From: a virus
Lineage: Duplodnaviria > Caudoviricetes
Direction: 5' to 3' (one strand)
Virus record (IMG/VR): IMGVR_UViG_3300001528_000259
Location: 64,001 to 128,000 of that record
DNA length: 64,000 nt
The notes beneath the pieces were generated by a model. The model made no database searches, was not told where the DNA came from, and worked only from the letters and a program-made list of their open reading frames with translations. Position numbers and translations under genes: made by a program. Positions 31,824-41,537 of this stretch are shown here, piece after piece; positions within the stretch are counted from its first letter, which is position 1, and each line of letters opens with the position of its first letter.

Positions 31824-31847
31824 TCAAAAACCCCCTTTTATTTTATT

Positions 31848-31877
31848 AAAAAAAATAGGTGGCATTACGCCACCTAT
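31848..31877 (-). terminator. intrinsic terminator after amidase
   Basis: ATAGGTGGC-gtaat-GCCACCTAT followed by a T-run on the minus strand. Confidence 0.8.
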
Positions 31878-31888
31878 CTCATTGATAT

Positions 31889-32719
31889 TTACGCTTTTTT
31901 AATTGCGTCTGCATAAACCTTACCGGTATAGACAGGTACCGTCTTGTATGTACTTAGTACATAAACATATTTTCCATTTTTCTTCTGAATCTCTCTTACG
32001 AACAGAGTCTTTTTCATAACCCATTTTGGAATTGATTTACCAGTCCACCAAGTGGCACCATCAGCAATTTTAACTTTGTCGCCTTTTTCAAAAACAACAA
32101 CCTCATCTTCTTTTTCTTCAACCGGATGTAACAATTTGTCAACATCCGCTCTAAAATTATCCATCGTCAGCCCAAACTTTTTCAGCCAGTGGTCGCAGTC
32201 TGCATGATTCGACGCATAGCCTTTTTTGCATGCTTCCTTGTGTGAAACAATTACCGAGGCTTCCCATCCCCACCGCCGACAAATATCTGCGCAGAGCGAA
32301 ACGGCGGCGTTATAGCATTCCCTGAAATAAGTTTCGTCTGTAAGCCCGTCCTCACATATCTCAAATTGAATATGTGCTACCGGAGGATAGTTATAGGAGC
32401 CCTTCTTTCCGCTCCCTACGCCCCACGCACATATCTCTTCAGGGAGCAGATGTGCAATACCTACCGTACCATCTACTAACTTTCCTATCATATAATGCAC
32501 TGCTTTGCTAATATCTCTATTCCAGTGGTTTCCGTAACGATTTTTACCGATTATAGACAAAAGCTCATCTCTGTTCTTGTCGTCCTTGGAGGGTTGCACA
32601 TAGCGTGCCAAAGCCGTCTGATTTGCACCGGTAGAGTGAACGACAATCCCAATGGGATTTGCCTTCTGTGCCGTCTTATAACACCTTGATTCGGTATGAA
32701 TGCATTCTATAATCTTCAT
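31889..32719 (-). CDS. endolysin, N-acetylmuramoyl-L-alanine amidase (Amidase_2) with C-terminal SH3-like binding domain
   Basis: IVVHSTG, AWGVG, IQFEICE, SHKE, NHAD zinc-amidase motifs; KGDKVKI..IPKWV tail. Confidence 0.85.
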   Translation of the reverse strand: MKIIECIHTESRCYKTAQKANPIGIVVHSTGANQTALARYVQPSKDDKNRDELLSIIGKNRYGNHWNRDISKAVHYMIGKLVDGTVGIAHLLPEEICAWGVGSGKKGSYNYPPVAHIQFEICEDGLTDETYFRECYNAAVSLCADICRRWGWEASVIVSHKEACKKGYASNHADCDHWLKKFGLTMDNFRADVDKLLHPVEEKEDEVVVFEKGDKVKIADGATWWTGKSIPKWVMKKTLFVREIQKKNGKYVYVLSTYKTVPVYTGKVYADAIKKA

Positions 32720-33036
32720 TCTCCATCCTCCTCATCATATCCGTTATTAATTTTTTCTTCATATTCGTTTTTCTCGCTTTCAGCAAGCTGTTTATATACT
32801 TGATTGACTCCTGTCGCCGCAAGCCCAGACACGATACCCACGGCTATTGCTGTAAGAATGTCTCTCGCAGGGAAATCAGGCATGATAAACATGCCAATTA
32901 CACCAAGGATGCCACCAAGCACCCCATTTATTAGAGGTATCCATTTGTTATTAATTTTTGATGCCTTTATTGCCATCGATGAAAGATAGCAAATAACAGT
33001 TATTGCACTAACACCAGCAATATCTATTGTTTCCAT
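32716..33036 (-). CDS. phage holin
   Basis: Three hydrophobic segments; KWIP...G.LGG.LG and AVGIVSGLAATGVNQ motifs; overlaps amidase start. Confidence 0.85.
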   Translation of the reverse strand: METIDIAGVSAITVICYLSSMAIKASKINNKWIPLINGVLGGILGVIGMFIMPDFPARDILTAIAVGIVSGLAATGVNQVYKQLAESEKNEYEEKINNGYDEEDGE

Positions 33037-33064
33037 AATTATCAATTATAACTCCTTTCCCATA

Positions 33065-35107
33065 TTAGTTCATTCCTGTTACGCTTGACACATATCCAAG
33101 AGCTGACGAACCACCGTTAGATCTCGCCCACTTTAAATAAACGGTTGATCCTGTGTAATAAATACTAAATACCACATAATTTAACTCATCTGCAATCTGA
33201 TACTCGGTAGCGGTACTGGTTATCATTGTTTTTGGGATAACCAGAGTTTCAGAGCTAGATCCGGACTTCGGGCAAGCCTTTATTATATAAGCATTGTAAG
33301 TTCCCAATGTACCAAGATTTACTGTAGTTGAGGTGTTATTCAGCGTTCCGGTCCATATGGTTGAAACAGAAGGATTCTTAGATTCTTGCCAACTTACCCA
33401 TAACCCAGACATATACATTGACGTAAATTCCTTTGCTTGAGGCATAAAATTTATTAAAGCCCTAAGCCAGACGCGGACAGTGCCATCGTTGTTATACTTA
33501 AACGATTCAACAAGAAACGGGTACGAACCCAATAAACTATGCGTAGTCGAAGGAATATATATAAATTTCATATATCCATCTTCCGCGTTATATGCATAGT
33601 TTTGGATTTCAGTATTCATAGCGAGGTCAGTCGTTCCAGTTCCAGTTACTATAAGAGGAGATTCACGCGGAATTGTTGTCGGTACATTAAAACGGAAATC
33701 ATTTTCTCCCCAATCAAATACCGGGATACTTTTATTAATCCGATATACTGAGCTTACTCCTACGGTGTTAACCGCGTCATATGCTGTCACTTCAACATCG
33801 TATGCACTAGTATATGATACACCAGTTAGAGAGCCGGTTGCGGAATATGAATTTCCAGAAATTGTTGTAGTAAGATTAGTATAATCTCCATAGCTTCCAC
33901 CAACAGATTTTACACGTGCTTTAACAGTCAGAGAGTTTGTTGTCGTTCCAAAACTTCCAGAGAAATAATTACCGTTTGATGAAACACTTACAGTATCCGA
34001 GTCAGAAGTTCTCTGTGTTGTAACATTGACCGTAAGAGGAATGTATTCAATAAGAGTAAGTTCAGGAACAGAAATACTGCTTGAAATTCCTCTGCTGTCT
34101 GTTATGGTAACCGTTACAGTGCTGCTTTCGACGGAGTTCAGCGTTACATCGGCTCCGCTTCCGCTCACGCTACCACAAACGACGCGTACAGAAGCTATGG
34201 AAGCGCCGTTCTTCGCTGTCGCAGTAGTTTGTACCTGAAGATTAGAAAAACCTTTCACGAGTTTTGAGGAATCCCCCGTCAAGGCAAGTGTCAGAGAATT
34301 AACGTCGGCAGCCGTCACAGAAGCCTCTGGTAGATTTTCGCTTTCACGAACAGATGCCGTCATATAAGTCTCATTTGTGCCCATTGAGGTACTTCCGCTA
34401 AAGGTTTCACATAGTATGTATATCTTTATCTCTTTACTATTCGGGATTAGCTGATACACAGTTTCCGGTACAGTCCATCCATACTGCGTAACGGAAGTAT
34501 TGGCAATAATCTCGGTATAGGTACTCTGTCCTTCTATTTTATATGAAAGAGTACTTGTATTCGCAGTATTGTTCTTATTAATAACAATAGTGCTCACCGC
34601 TCCAATATAGGCATCTGTTGCCGTCACGGTGTTTTTTCTTGCAATTGCCGGAAGTGTAGCGGTAACAGATACCGTTCCGGTTGCGTCTTTATTAGGAGTA
34701 TATGTTGTGCCTGTTACAGTAAATTTCCATGTACCATCGAGCAAAACATTCTTGGCGGATCCATTAGAGCAGTCAACCGATACCGTTCCCTCGTCGATTA
34801 CAGTACCTTTTTTATAGCTGTATCCTCCTTCAGAAAATGCGGAAAGTTCCCATTCGCCAGAAGGCTTCTTCGTGCCAGAAAATGCCGTTGTTCCATTGAT
34901 TGTACTGCTGTACGTTGTGCCATACCCATAAAATGAGGAGTTTATTGTACAAGCAAGCACCATTTTCGTTGATACCGTGTGATATCCCGTCGTAGTATTA
35001 GGTACGGTCTTGCCATAAAGCAAAATATAGTATCCGTAACTTCCACTCTGCGGCGTAAGCTTTGACGATCTTCCAAGGTATTGATATTCACTTGTCAAAG
35101 TTGCCAT
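33065..35107 (-). CDS. second DUF859-type minor tail protein
   Basis: LPAIARK, ITDSRGISS and PVFDWGENDFRFN motifs. Confidence 0.75.
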   Translation of the reverse strand: MATLTSEYQYLGRSSKLTPQSGSYGYYILLYGKTVPNTTTGYHTVSTKMVLACTINSSFYGYGTTYSSTINGTTAFSGTKKPSGEWELSAFSEGGYSYKKGTVIDEGTVSVDCSNGSAKNVLLDGTWKFTVTGTTYTPNKDATGTVSVTATLPAIARKNTVTATDAYIGAVSTIVINKNNTANTSTLSYKIEGQSTYTEIIANTSVTQYGWTVPETVYQLIPNSKEIKIYILCETFSGSTSMGTNETYMTASVRESENLPEASVTAADVNSLTLALTGDSSKLVKGFSNLQVQTTATAKNGASIASVRVVCGSVSGSGADVTLNSVESSTVTVTITDSRGISSSISVPELTLIEYIPLTVNVTTQRTSDSDTVSVSSNGNYFSGSFGTTTNSLTVKARVKSVGGSYGDYTNLTTTISGNSYSATGSLTGVSYTSAYDVEVTAYDAVNTVGVSSVYRINKSIPVFDWGENDFRFNVPTTIPRESPLIVTGTGTTDLAMNTEIQNYAYNAEDGYMKFIYIPSTTHSLLGSYPFLVESFKYNNDGTVRVWLRALINFMPQAKEFTSMYMSGLWVSWQESKNPSVSTIWTGTLNNTSTTVNLGTLGTYNAYIIKACPKSGSSSETLVIPKTMITSTATEYQIADELNYVVFSIYYTGSTVYLKWARSNGGSSALGYVSSVTGMN

Positions 35108-35916
35108 TAGATATCACCTCCTATAACAAAGCATGCTGTTCGATTTCCTTCATAATTTTCAAACCGTGAGTTGCCTATTACAAGATAATTGTTAACCGTG
35201 GCATTTATCGCGGTTACTCCCACATTGTTTACTGTCATAATATTCTCTTTCCCTTCTCCTACAATTCTGTTAACATATGTTCCAGTGCCGTTAATTAAAG
35301 TTTCTACATCTCCATCACTTATACGCATTCCATCGCTATTAAAAGTATAATTATTCTCTGTTGTAACGGAATGAATCTCACTTATTGCATCAGATACTAT
35401 AAGATTTACTTGCTCAGCGTTTACCATCGTATCAAGACGATGAGAAAGGTTGGCAATTTCAGAGCTAAGATTTTCATTAACTTGGGTAACCTGCGTACTA
35501 ATCGCAACATCACCGTCAGCAATTTTACCTTCAAGCTCGGTTTTAACAAACTGAAGCGCGTTGGAGGATGTGTCCTCAGCAGAATCCTGAGCAGCAGAAA
35601 CTTGATCCTGAACATATTCTTCGGTTGCAAGTCCAGCAACTTTGCCATCAACATATGTCTCGGTTGCGAGCCCAGCAACTTTATTGTCAACATAGGTTTC
35701 AGTTGCAAGCCCAGCAATAGATTGAATTGCGCTATCTGCTTTTTGAAGTGAATCTTGTACATCCGACGCAAGATCAGTTTTTGCAACTTCATCCTTTGTT
35801 GCAAGTTGACCAAGAGTTGGTTTATTTTTTATATAATCAGCCTTTGTTGAGTCTGTCTGTGTCCAGTTAGACTGCGGAACAGTTGTGGCAATTGTATTTC
35901 CTATAATTTTAGACAT
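35107..35916 (-). CDS. chimeric fibre / tail protein
   Basis: N-terminal NW.QTD....DYIKNKP fibre motif and three GLATE.YV repeats; C-terminal YTFNSDG..NYLVIG.SRFENY..RTACF typical of small-siphophage tail protein ends. Confidence 0.55.
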   Translation of the reverse strand: MSKIIGNTIATTVPQSNWTQTDSTKADYIKNKPTLGQLATKDEVAKTDLASDVQDSLQKADSAIQSIAGLATETYVDNKVAGLATETYVDGKVAGLATEEYVQDQVSAAQDSAEDTSSNALQFVKTELEGKIADGDVAISTQVTQVNENLSSEIANLSHRLDTMVNAEQVNLIVSDAISEIHSVTTENNYTFNSDGMRISDGDVETLINGTGTYVNRIVGEGKENIMTVNNVGVTAINATVNNYLVIGNSRFENYEGNRTACFVIGGDI

Positions 35917-36400
35917 TTGTTATCACCTCCGTAATTGTTGCCTGTATTGTATAATCATTTTTTGGAACCTGTCCTATACAAAAAACAGAAACTTCACCAT
36001 TCTCATTTTCTGTAACAAACGCCAAATCTTTTTCATGAAAAATCACTAATTGCTCTGAGCTCGGTTGCAAGTCAACTTTGCTATTTGGCGTAATATTTGC
36101 ATTAGATACTGTAACTACTTGATACCATCTATTATCACTAGCCTGAGTCCACTTATCTGCGTATATCGTTACAGAAATAGGCTTTGGCAATATGAAGCTG
36201 TCTACGCTCATATACTCAAGTTGAGAAAATTCGTGAATTCCATCTCCTATTTTTAATCGAGGAACACCATTGTCATATTCAAGCACCAATTCTCCGGCGA
36301 GCGGTATCATATGATCTGGCTGATTTTCATAATCAGCCCAGTCATTTCGACCCGTGCTGTCCTTCCAGCCTCTACGCAATTGACATATATATTTAGCCAT
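35909..36400 (-). CDS. fibre-associated protein with Mtd/hyaluronidase-type N-terminal module
   Basis: QLRRG..GELVLEYD..LKIGDG...FSQL.Y; C-terminal domain paralogous to that of 36400-37839. Confidence 0.6.
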   Translation of the reverse strand: MAKYICQLRRGWKDSTGRNDWADYENQPDHMIPLAGELVLEYDNGVPRLKIGDGIHEFSQLEYMSVDSFILPKPISVTIYADKWTQASDNRWYQVVTVSNANITPNSKVDLQPSSEQLVIFHEKDLAFVTENENGEVSVFCIGQVPKNDYTIQATITEVITNV

Positions 36401-37839
36401 TATGAACCCGCCCCTTTAACTTCTGTAATAGTCGCCTGAATAGTATAATCGCTTGTGGGTTTATTATTAAGCGCATACACAGTAACTATTCCACCGTCAT
36501 TTTCTGTCATAAGTGATATACCCAAATCTTGTAATGTTGCAAGCTGTACCGCCGTTGGTTGAAAATCAACCTGACTATTTGCCGTTACGCCACTAACCGA
36601 TACGACCTGAGAATATGGACTTGTGGTTCCAGTCCAAGATGACGCAGAAAGTGAAATTGTAGTTATTAATTTTGGTTCTACTGCCCCTATGTTTGTACGA
36701 ACTTGTGTCTTTTGATCTTCGGTAAGGGTCTGAGAGTCGAGAAGAAGAACTTCATCTTCGCGGGCAAGTTTAACGGAACCATCATCTTTATTCGTACCGG
36801 ATGTAGAGCCTACGTAGACATCGCCAGCATACCAAGCGTTGCCAGAACGATCAAGTGTGTAAGCATTCGAGCGTTCAGACTCACCTCCACCGTTTCCAGC
36901 TATTTCAAGTAGCCCCGATTCATCTTTTATATTGCATGAACCAAAAACGTGTTGATATTGTGATGCTGCAATTGTTCGTCTTCCTTCTGCGTGAGACCAG
37001 TTTGCAGTTGACGTAGTAATACATTCAATCCCATTCGCTGTTGAATTTGGTCCGGAGGCTTGACAATTTACTCCTTGTGCAAAAGAATTAGCTCCCGGTT
37101 GATATTCTGTTTTACATCCGATAGTTTTAATAGCTCCCCCCGTAAAAGGATTTTCTTCACTTTTGGGAATAGCATTAATGATATTAAAATTTTCATCAGG
37201 TAAATACTTTTTAGAAAGTGCTGTATATTCTTCTTGAACAATTTTAAATTCTGCTTCAGGAGTAATAGTAAAAGCGTAAGTGCGCATATTTGCAGAAATA
37301 GTATAATCTCCTGCATTATATTCATAAGTAAAATTTCCAACGTTTTCAGTTGGAACATCATAATACATGGTTCCATTAATCATAAAAGTAATTGAATCTA
37401 AATTGTATCCATGTATGCTTTCATAATTTTGCATCGTAGCATCAAGAATAGTTCGTTTAACATAATGAGTCCTATTCTTCACATAAGCCGGCGAAGTCTC
37501 ATCATTTTCATTCCAATCAGGCTGTTTACTGGCAAGTGCAGTTTCTACATCTGCAAAGCTATCGATAGTTGTGCCATCTTTAATAGCGGTAATAGCAGAC
37601 TCATTAGCAGCGGCTTTCGTAGCTACTGTACCAATACCCGACTTAATCGTATCTAGAGATGTTCCCATTAGAGTCTCTGCGTCTTTGGCGTTAATTTGTT
37701 TTCTCTGCAGAACGCCATCTGCATCTATATAGTCAAAAAAGAGGCTTCCATCGTCAACACAAAAATAGACGTAACCGTCATGCTTCTCAACGGCGTCTAA
37801 TGCAGCACGACTGCCCCTAAATGGTTTCCAAAGCGCCAT
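36400..37839 (-). CDS. fibre protein with YadA-like beta-roll repeats
   Basis: SFAQG..ASG..S.A.G..SHAEG..T.A..QHV.G, GNG..RSNA.TLD..GN.W.AG motifs. Confidence 0.65.
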   Translation of the reverse strand: MALWKPFRGSRAALDAVEKHDGYVYFCVDDGSLFFDYIDADGVLQRKQINAKDAETLMGTSLDTIKSGIGTVATKAAANESAITAIKDGTTIDSFADVETALASKQPDWNENDETSPAYVKNRTHYVKRTILDATMQNYESIHGYNLDSITFMINGTMYYDVPTENVGNFTYEYNAGDYTISANMRTYAFTITPEAEFKIVQEEYTALSKKYLPDENFNIINAIPKSEENPFTGGAIKTIGCKTEYQPGANSFAQGVNCQASGPNSTANGIECITTSTANWSHAEGRRTIAASQYQHVFGSCNIKDESGLLEIAGNGGGESERSNAYTLDRSGNAWYAGDVYVGSTSGTNKDDGSVKLAREDEVLLLDSQTLTEDQKTQVRTNIGAVEPKLITTISLSASSWTGTTSPYSQVVSVSGVTANSQVDFQPTAVQLATLQDLGISLMTENDGGIVTVYALNNKPTSDYTIQATITEVKGAGS

Positions 37840-37932
37840 TTATTTAATCTCCTCTCTGAGTAAGAAATTATTTTCAAAATTAATTTTATATTATTGAATT
37901 GATTGTTTAGAGTATAATTTTTGTTTTCGAGT

Positions 37933-38655
37933 TTATAAAGTATATTTTTCATCATCATCTGCGAATAATTTAGTTATTTCATCGGTAGACAATTCATTGT
38001 TCCAAATACGTATAATGCTAACCGCACCCACAAAACGTCCAGTACCTTCGCCATTAAAAATATATGCCTTAGTCGATGTAATTGCAGAATTTGTGCTTGA
38101 TGTTAACCAAGAATTATTTATGCCATTAATATACATTGTCATAATACCTGATGAATTAACAGTAAGTACAATATGGCAATAAGTTGGAGTTTTACTAGTT
38201 GTAATTGTCATTGCGGTTGTAGTATCTAGAATAATTCCGTAATCTGTTGTAGGATAACAAGTAATTCCATCTCCCCAACCGTTTTGTGTTGGACCTATAC
38301 CAAATAACATACCAGGATGATTTTCCTGAGTTTTATAACATGAATCATCAATTCGAGCTTTAAATTCAAATGTGAATGGATATGTTATAGGATCTATTGT
38401 CGTAGAAATATAAGTTTCCTCGTTTTGCATCTCTAATCCATCTTCAGAAAGTGTACATCCAGACGATAATGAAATATCTCCCCATTTTGTGCTTCCTTCA
38501 TCATATGTGTCTGCGGTTGCTATATTAGAAACAGTTTCTTCTGATATAGATGGTGGAATAGTTACCCATGAATATACTAAAGTTGTACCATGATATATTT
38601 TTTTAATTTGGGTCGAACCAAATAAAACACGTTTAGCTACAGTAAGTTTTATCAC
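37933..38655 (-). CDS. LamG/concanavalin-A-like glycan-binding protein
   Basis: FTFEF, HIVLT..MYING, F.G....IRIWNNELS.DEI LamG signature. Confidence 0.7.
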   Translation of the reverse strand: MIKLTVAKRVLFGSTQIKKIYHGTTLVYSWVTIPPSISEETVSNIATADTYDEGSTKWGDISLSSGCTLSEDGLEMQNEETYISTTIDPITYPFTFEFKARIDDSCYKTQENHPGMLFGIGPTQNGWGDGITCYPTTDYGIILDTTTAMTITTSKTPTYCHIVLTVNSSGIMTMYINGINNSWLTSSTNSAITSTKAYIFNGEGTGRFVGAVSIIRIWNNELSTDEITKLFADDDEKYTL

Positions 38656-38658
38656 TTA

Positions 38659-38901
38659 TCATCCTTTTATAATATACAAAGTAGATTCATCTGGAGACGA
38701 TATGGCATTGTATTCACTTTCTGTAAGCAATACAATAGACATTTTTTGTTCACTAAATACATTTGAGTTAAGTTGTAAACGCTCACCTTCAAGATCTACA
38801 TATACATCCTTAGTGTCTTTACATATGTATATAGTACCATCAGAAATTTCTGTAGAAGGTAGATTACTTGATTGCCCATATTTGTGTTTTAAACTAACCA
38901 C
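38659..38901 (-). CDS. small fibre adaptor protein
   Basis: G..NLP..DG.IY..D..YVD module plus LTESEY......D..TLYII motif. Confidence 0.55.
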   Translation of the reverse strand: MVSLKHKYGQSSNLPSTEISDGTIYICKDTKDVYVDLEGERLQLNSNVFSEQKMSIVLLTESEYNAISSPDESTLYIIKG

Positions 38902-38921
38902 TAATACATCCCCTTTAATGT

Positions 38922-38956
38922 TTAATGTAGGGAAGTTGTTAGCTCCCCTACATTAA
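38922..38956. other. hairpin after 597-aa fibre gene (mRNA stabiliser or weak terminator)
   Basis: TTAATGTAGGGAAG / CTCCCCTACATTAA. Confidence 0.5.
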
Positions 38957-38972
38957 GTTAATTTATATTAGA

Positions 38973-40766
38973 TTAAAATTCGCCCCAAACTAGTAAACTG
39001 TCGGCATATGCCTTAGCATTGGTTTCAGCAGTAGTAGCAGAGCCCTTAGCATCATAGTTCTTAGCAAGACCATCAGCATAAGTCTTAGCATTGCTCTCTG
39101 CGGTGCTAGCATAACCCTGAGCAGTCTGTAGATTTGTAGCATCAGCGGCGGCTAACTCGGATTCCTTACCCTCAGCACGAGTCCTTTCAGCAGCAATAGC
39201 GGCAGCATTGTCAGCAACGCCCTTAACTAGACCAGTAGCGGGATTCTCACCTTCAGCGGCTTTACCAACAGTGGTTTCCAAAGCTCCAACCTTATTAGTT
39301 AGAGTGGTGGCAGCTTCGCCGTGAGTGTCAATATAATCCTGAAGCTCCTTTAAAGTGTCAATAGCAGCATCGCCAGTTTCAGCGGCGGCAAAGAAGGCAT
39401 CAATGTCAGCTTGTGCAGCATCAGCAGCATCTTTAGCAGCCTTAATAGCGGCATCCTTAGCATCTGCCATAGCCTGAGCTTCAGTCTTGGTAGCGTAATC
39501 GCCAGCAGCCTGCTTGCCATCAAGTGCGGCTTGTAGCCCATCAACATCAGCAATAGCATGCTTCTCAGGGTGAGTATAAACAACAGTCTCAACACCGTCA
39601 ATCTTGATACTACCATTGGTATCGGAAGCCTCAACCTTATTAGCACCGTCAGACATAGCGGCTAGACGTGCAATCTCAGTATCAGCAATTAGAGACTTAC
39701 CAGTTACCTTATCAACTTTCTTACCAAGCTCAGTGGTCATAGTGTCGGAGTCTGCCTTCTTAGCAATGTCAGCCTTAATGTCGGCATCGTCATAATTGGT
39801 AACACTAGCAAGTCTTTCAATTTCAGTATCAGAGATTAGAGATTTGCCCTCGACCTTATCAACCTTACCAGCAAGAGCAGTATTTACCTCAGTCTTTACA
39901 GCAGCAGCATCAGCAGTAGCTTTTACAGCAGCAAGAGCAGAGTCGTTAGAAGTCTTGTATTCATCAATAGCAGACTGAGCATTCTCACCAGCAGTCTTGG
40001 CAGCAGCAATTGCGGTGTCCTTGCCATCGGCATAAGTCTTAGCCTGAGCTAGAATGCCACTGGTCTCATTATTGATATCAGCGATATCATCCTCAACAGC
40101 CTTAACACGAGCATCGTTGGAAACCTTATAAGTTTCAAGTGCAGTATTCGCATCAGTGCCAGCCTTCTTAGCTTCTTTAATAGAAGTCTCAAGAGTAGTC
40201 TTATCAGCGCTGGTTAAATGGTCAGCAACAACTGCATCCCACTTAGTCTTATCACCGTCTTCAATCTTAGCTAATTCAGTAGCATTAGCATGAGAGTGCT
40301 TCTTAGCAACGGCATCAGCTAGATCTGCTTCAGTCTGAGTATAGGTATCAAGAAGAGCCTTATTTAAGTGGCTATGATTACCCTCTGAAGCAGCATTAAC
40401 CTTTTCTTTTAACGCAGTAGAAAGATTAGCCTCTGCAACCTCAGACACATAAGCCATAGAACCTAAACCAAGTAACTCCTTCATCTCCTCGGCGGTAGGT
40501 TGCTTATTGATCTGAGTCCAAGTGGTTCCGTTCCACTTAGCAAGAATGTTTTCTGCAACACAGTAATACATGCAATTCTGGTGAGCACCAGCAGTGGGTA
40601 GAGCGGCAACATTTGCAACCTGGATAAAGTCACCAAGTCTCTTCATGCCTGTGCCTGTACCAAGATAAATCGCACCTTCATCAGTGGTAATGTATAGACC
40701 ACCAGAAACACCAGACTCAGGTAGATTTGCAACTAAACCTTTGTAAAATTTTAACATATCAGCCAT
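38973..40766 (-). CDS. long Ala-rich coiled-coil fibre protein
   Basis: KVDKV.GKSLI.D.EI.RLA repeats, IDTLKEL, AK.YAD repeats; codon usage looks like that of the capsid and tail genes. Confidence 0.65.
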   Translation of the reverse strand: MADMLKFYKGLVANLPESGVSGGLYITTDEGAIYLGTGTGMKRLGDFIQVANVAALPTAGAHQNCMYYCVAENILAKWNGTTWTQINKQPTAEEMKELLGLGSMAYVSEVAEANLSTALKEKVNAASEGNHSHLNKALLDTYTQTEADLADAVAKKHSHANATELAKIEDGDKTKWDAVVADHLTSADKTTLETSIKEAKKAGTDANTALETYKVSNDARVKAVEDDIADINNETSGILAQAKTYADGKDTAIAAAKTAGENAQSAIDEYKTSNDSALAAVKATADAAAVKTEVNTALAGKVDKVEGKSLISDTEIERLASVTNYDDADIKADIAKKADSDTMTTELGKKVDKVTGKSLIADTEIARLAAMSDGANKVEASDTNGSIKIDGVETVVYTHPEKHAIADVDGLQAALDGKQAAGDYATKTEAQAMADAKDAAIKAAKDAADAAQADIDAFFAAAETGDAAIDTLKELQDYIDTHGEAATTLTNKVGALETTVGKAAEGENPATGLVKGVADNAAAIAAERTRAEGKESELAAADATNLQTAQGYASTAESNAKTYADGLAKNYDAKGSATTAETNAKAYADSLLVWGEF

Positions 40767-40811
40767 AATTATTTTCCTCCAAAAAAATAAATAATAATTT
40801 TATATTGTTAA

Positions 40812-41534
40812 TTACCATTGATAAATAGTAACATTGGCAATCTTGCCATTAATAATAATTTTAGGCATTGTTTCATCATTTAAAACAGTGTCCTTCGCAG
40901 TATAACCGCCATATATAATTTGTTCGCAAGGTAACTCATTGTCACTCATAACAACAGTTATCTTAGCAAAACTAGTCGTTTCCTTATTATAAGGTTGAAT
41001 AGTAACAAGCCCCTGATCCTCATCAGTATATGCGGGATTAGTAGCTAATACCTTATTGTTTCTAATATTAATAGTGCAAACCTTGTTGCCCTTAACCCCA
41101 AGTCTAATACCACCAGCGGTCATTTCAATAACATTGCCATTGATATTAATTAAACCATTATCAATTGTTCCATAAACATTTATAATGTTGTGTATGCAGC
41201 AACCAGAAGTAAAGTAATTATTACTAATAGAACTACCATTCATAAGCTGAGCGTTAGGCTCAATTAAATTGTACATCTTGCCATTTATACCAGCATTATC
41301 GCCAAAAAAGTTATTTTCAACAACTAACTTGACAGGGATGTCATTATAGATTCTTAACCAATAATTCTTTACTGCGCCTTCGCAATTCATGCCATACACA
41401 CGACAATTCTTAATAACAACGCTAGAAGCATTCTTAACGTCAACATAACCGTTACCAGTAAAGTCAAAGCCGTCCAATACGACTTCAGCTCCGGTACCAT
41501 TAATAGTTAGTTTCTCAGAAATTACAGTTGCCAT
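40812..41534 (-). CDS. right-handed beta-helix (pectin-lyase-like) protein, C-terminal part
   Basis: V.LDGFDFTG, I.NC.V, VENNFF, ISNNYF, INGNVI repeats. Confidence 0.65.
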   Translation of the reverse strand: MATVISEKLTINGTGAEVVLDGFDFTGNGYVDVKNASSVVIKNCRVYGMNCEGAVKNYWLRIYNDIPVKLVVENNFFGDNAGINGKMYNLIEPNAQLMNGSSISNNYFTSGCCIHNIINVYGTIDNGLININGNVIEMTAGGIRLGVKGNKVCTINIRNNKVLATNPAYTDEDQGLVTIQPYNKETTSFAKITVVMSDNELPCEQIIYGGYTAKDTVLNDETMPKIIINGKIANVTIYQW

Positions 41535-41537
41535 AAA

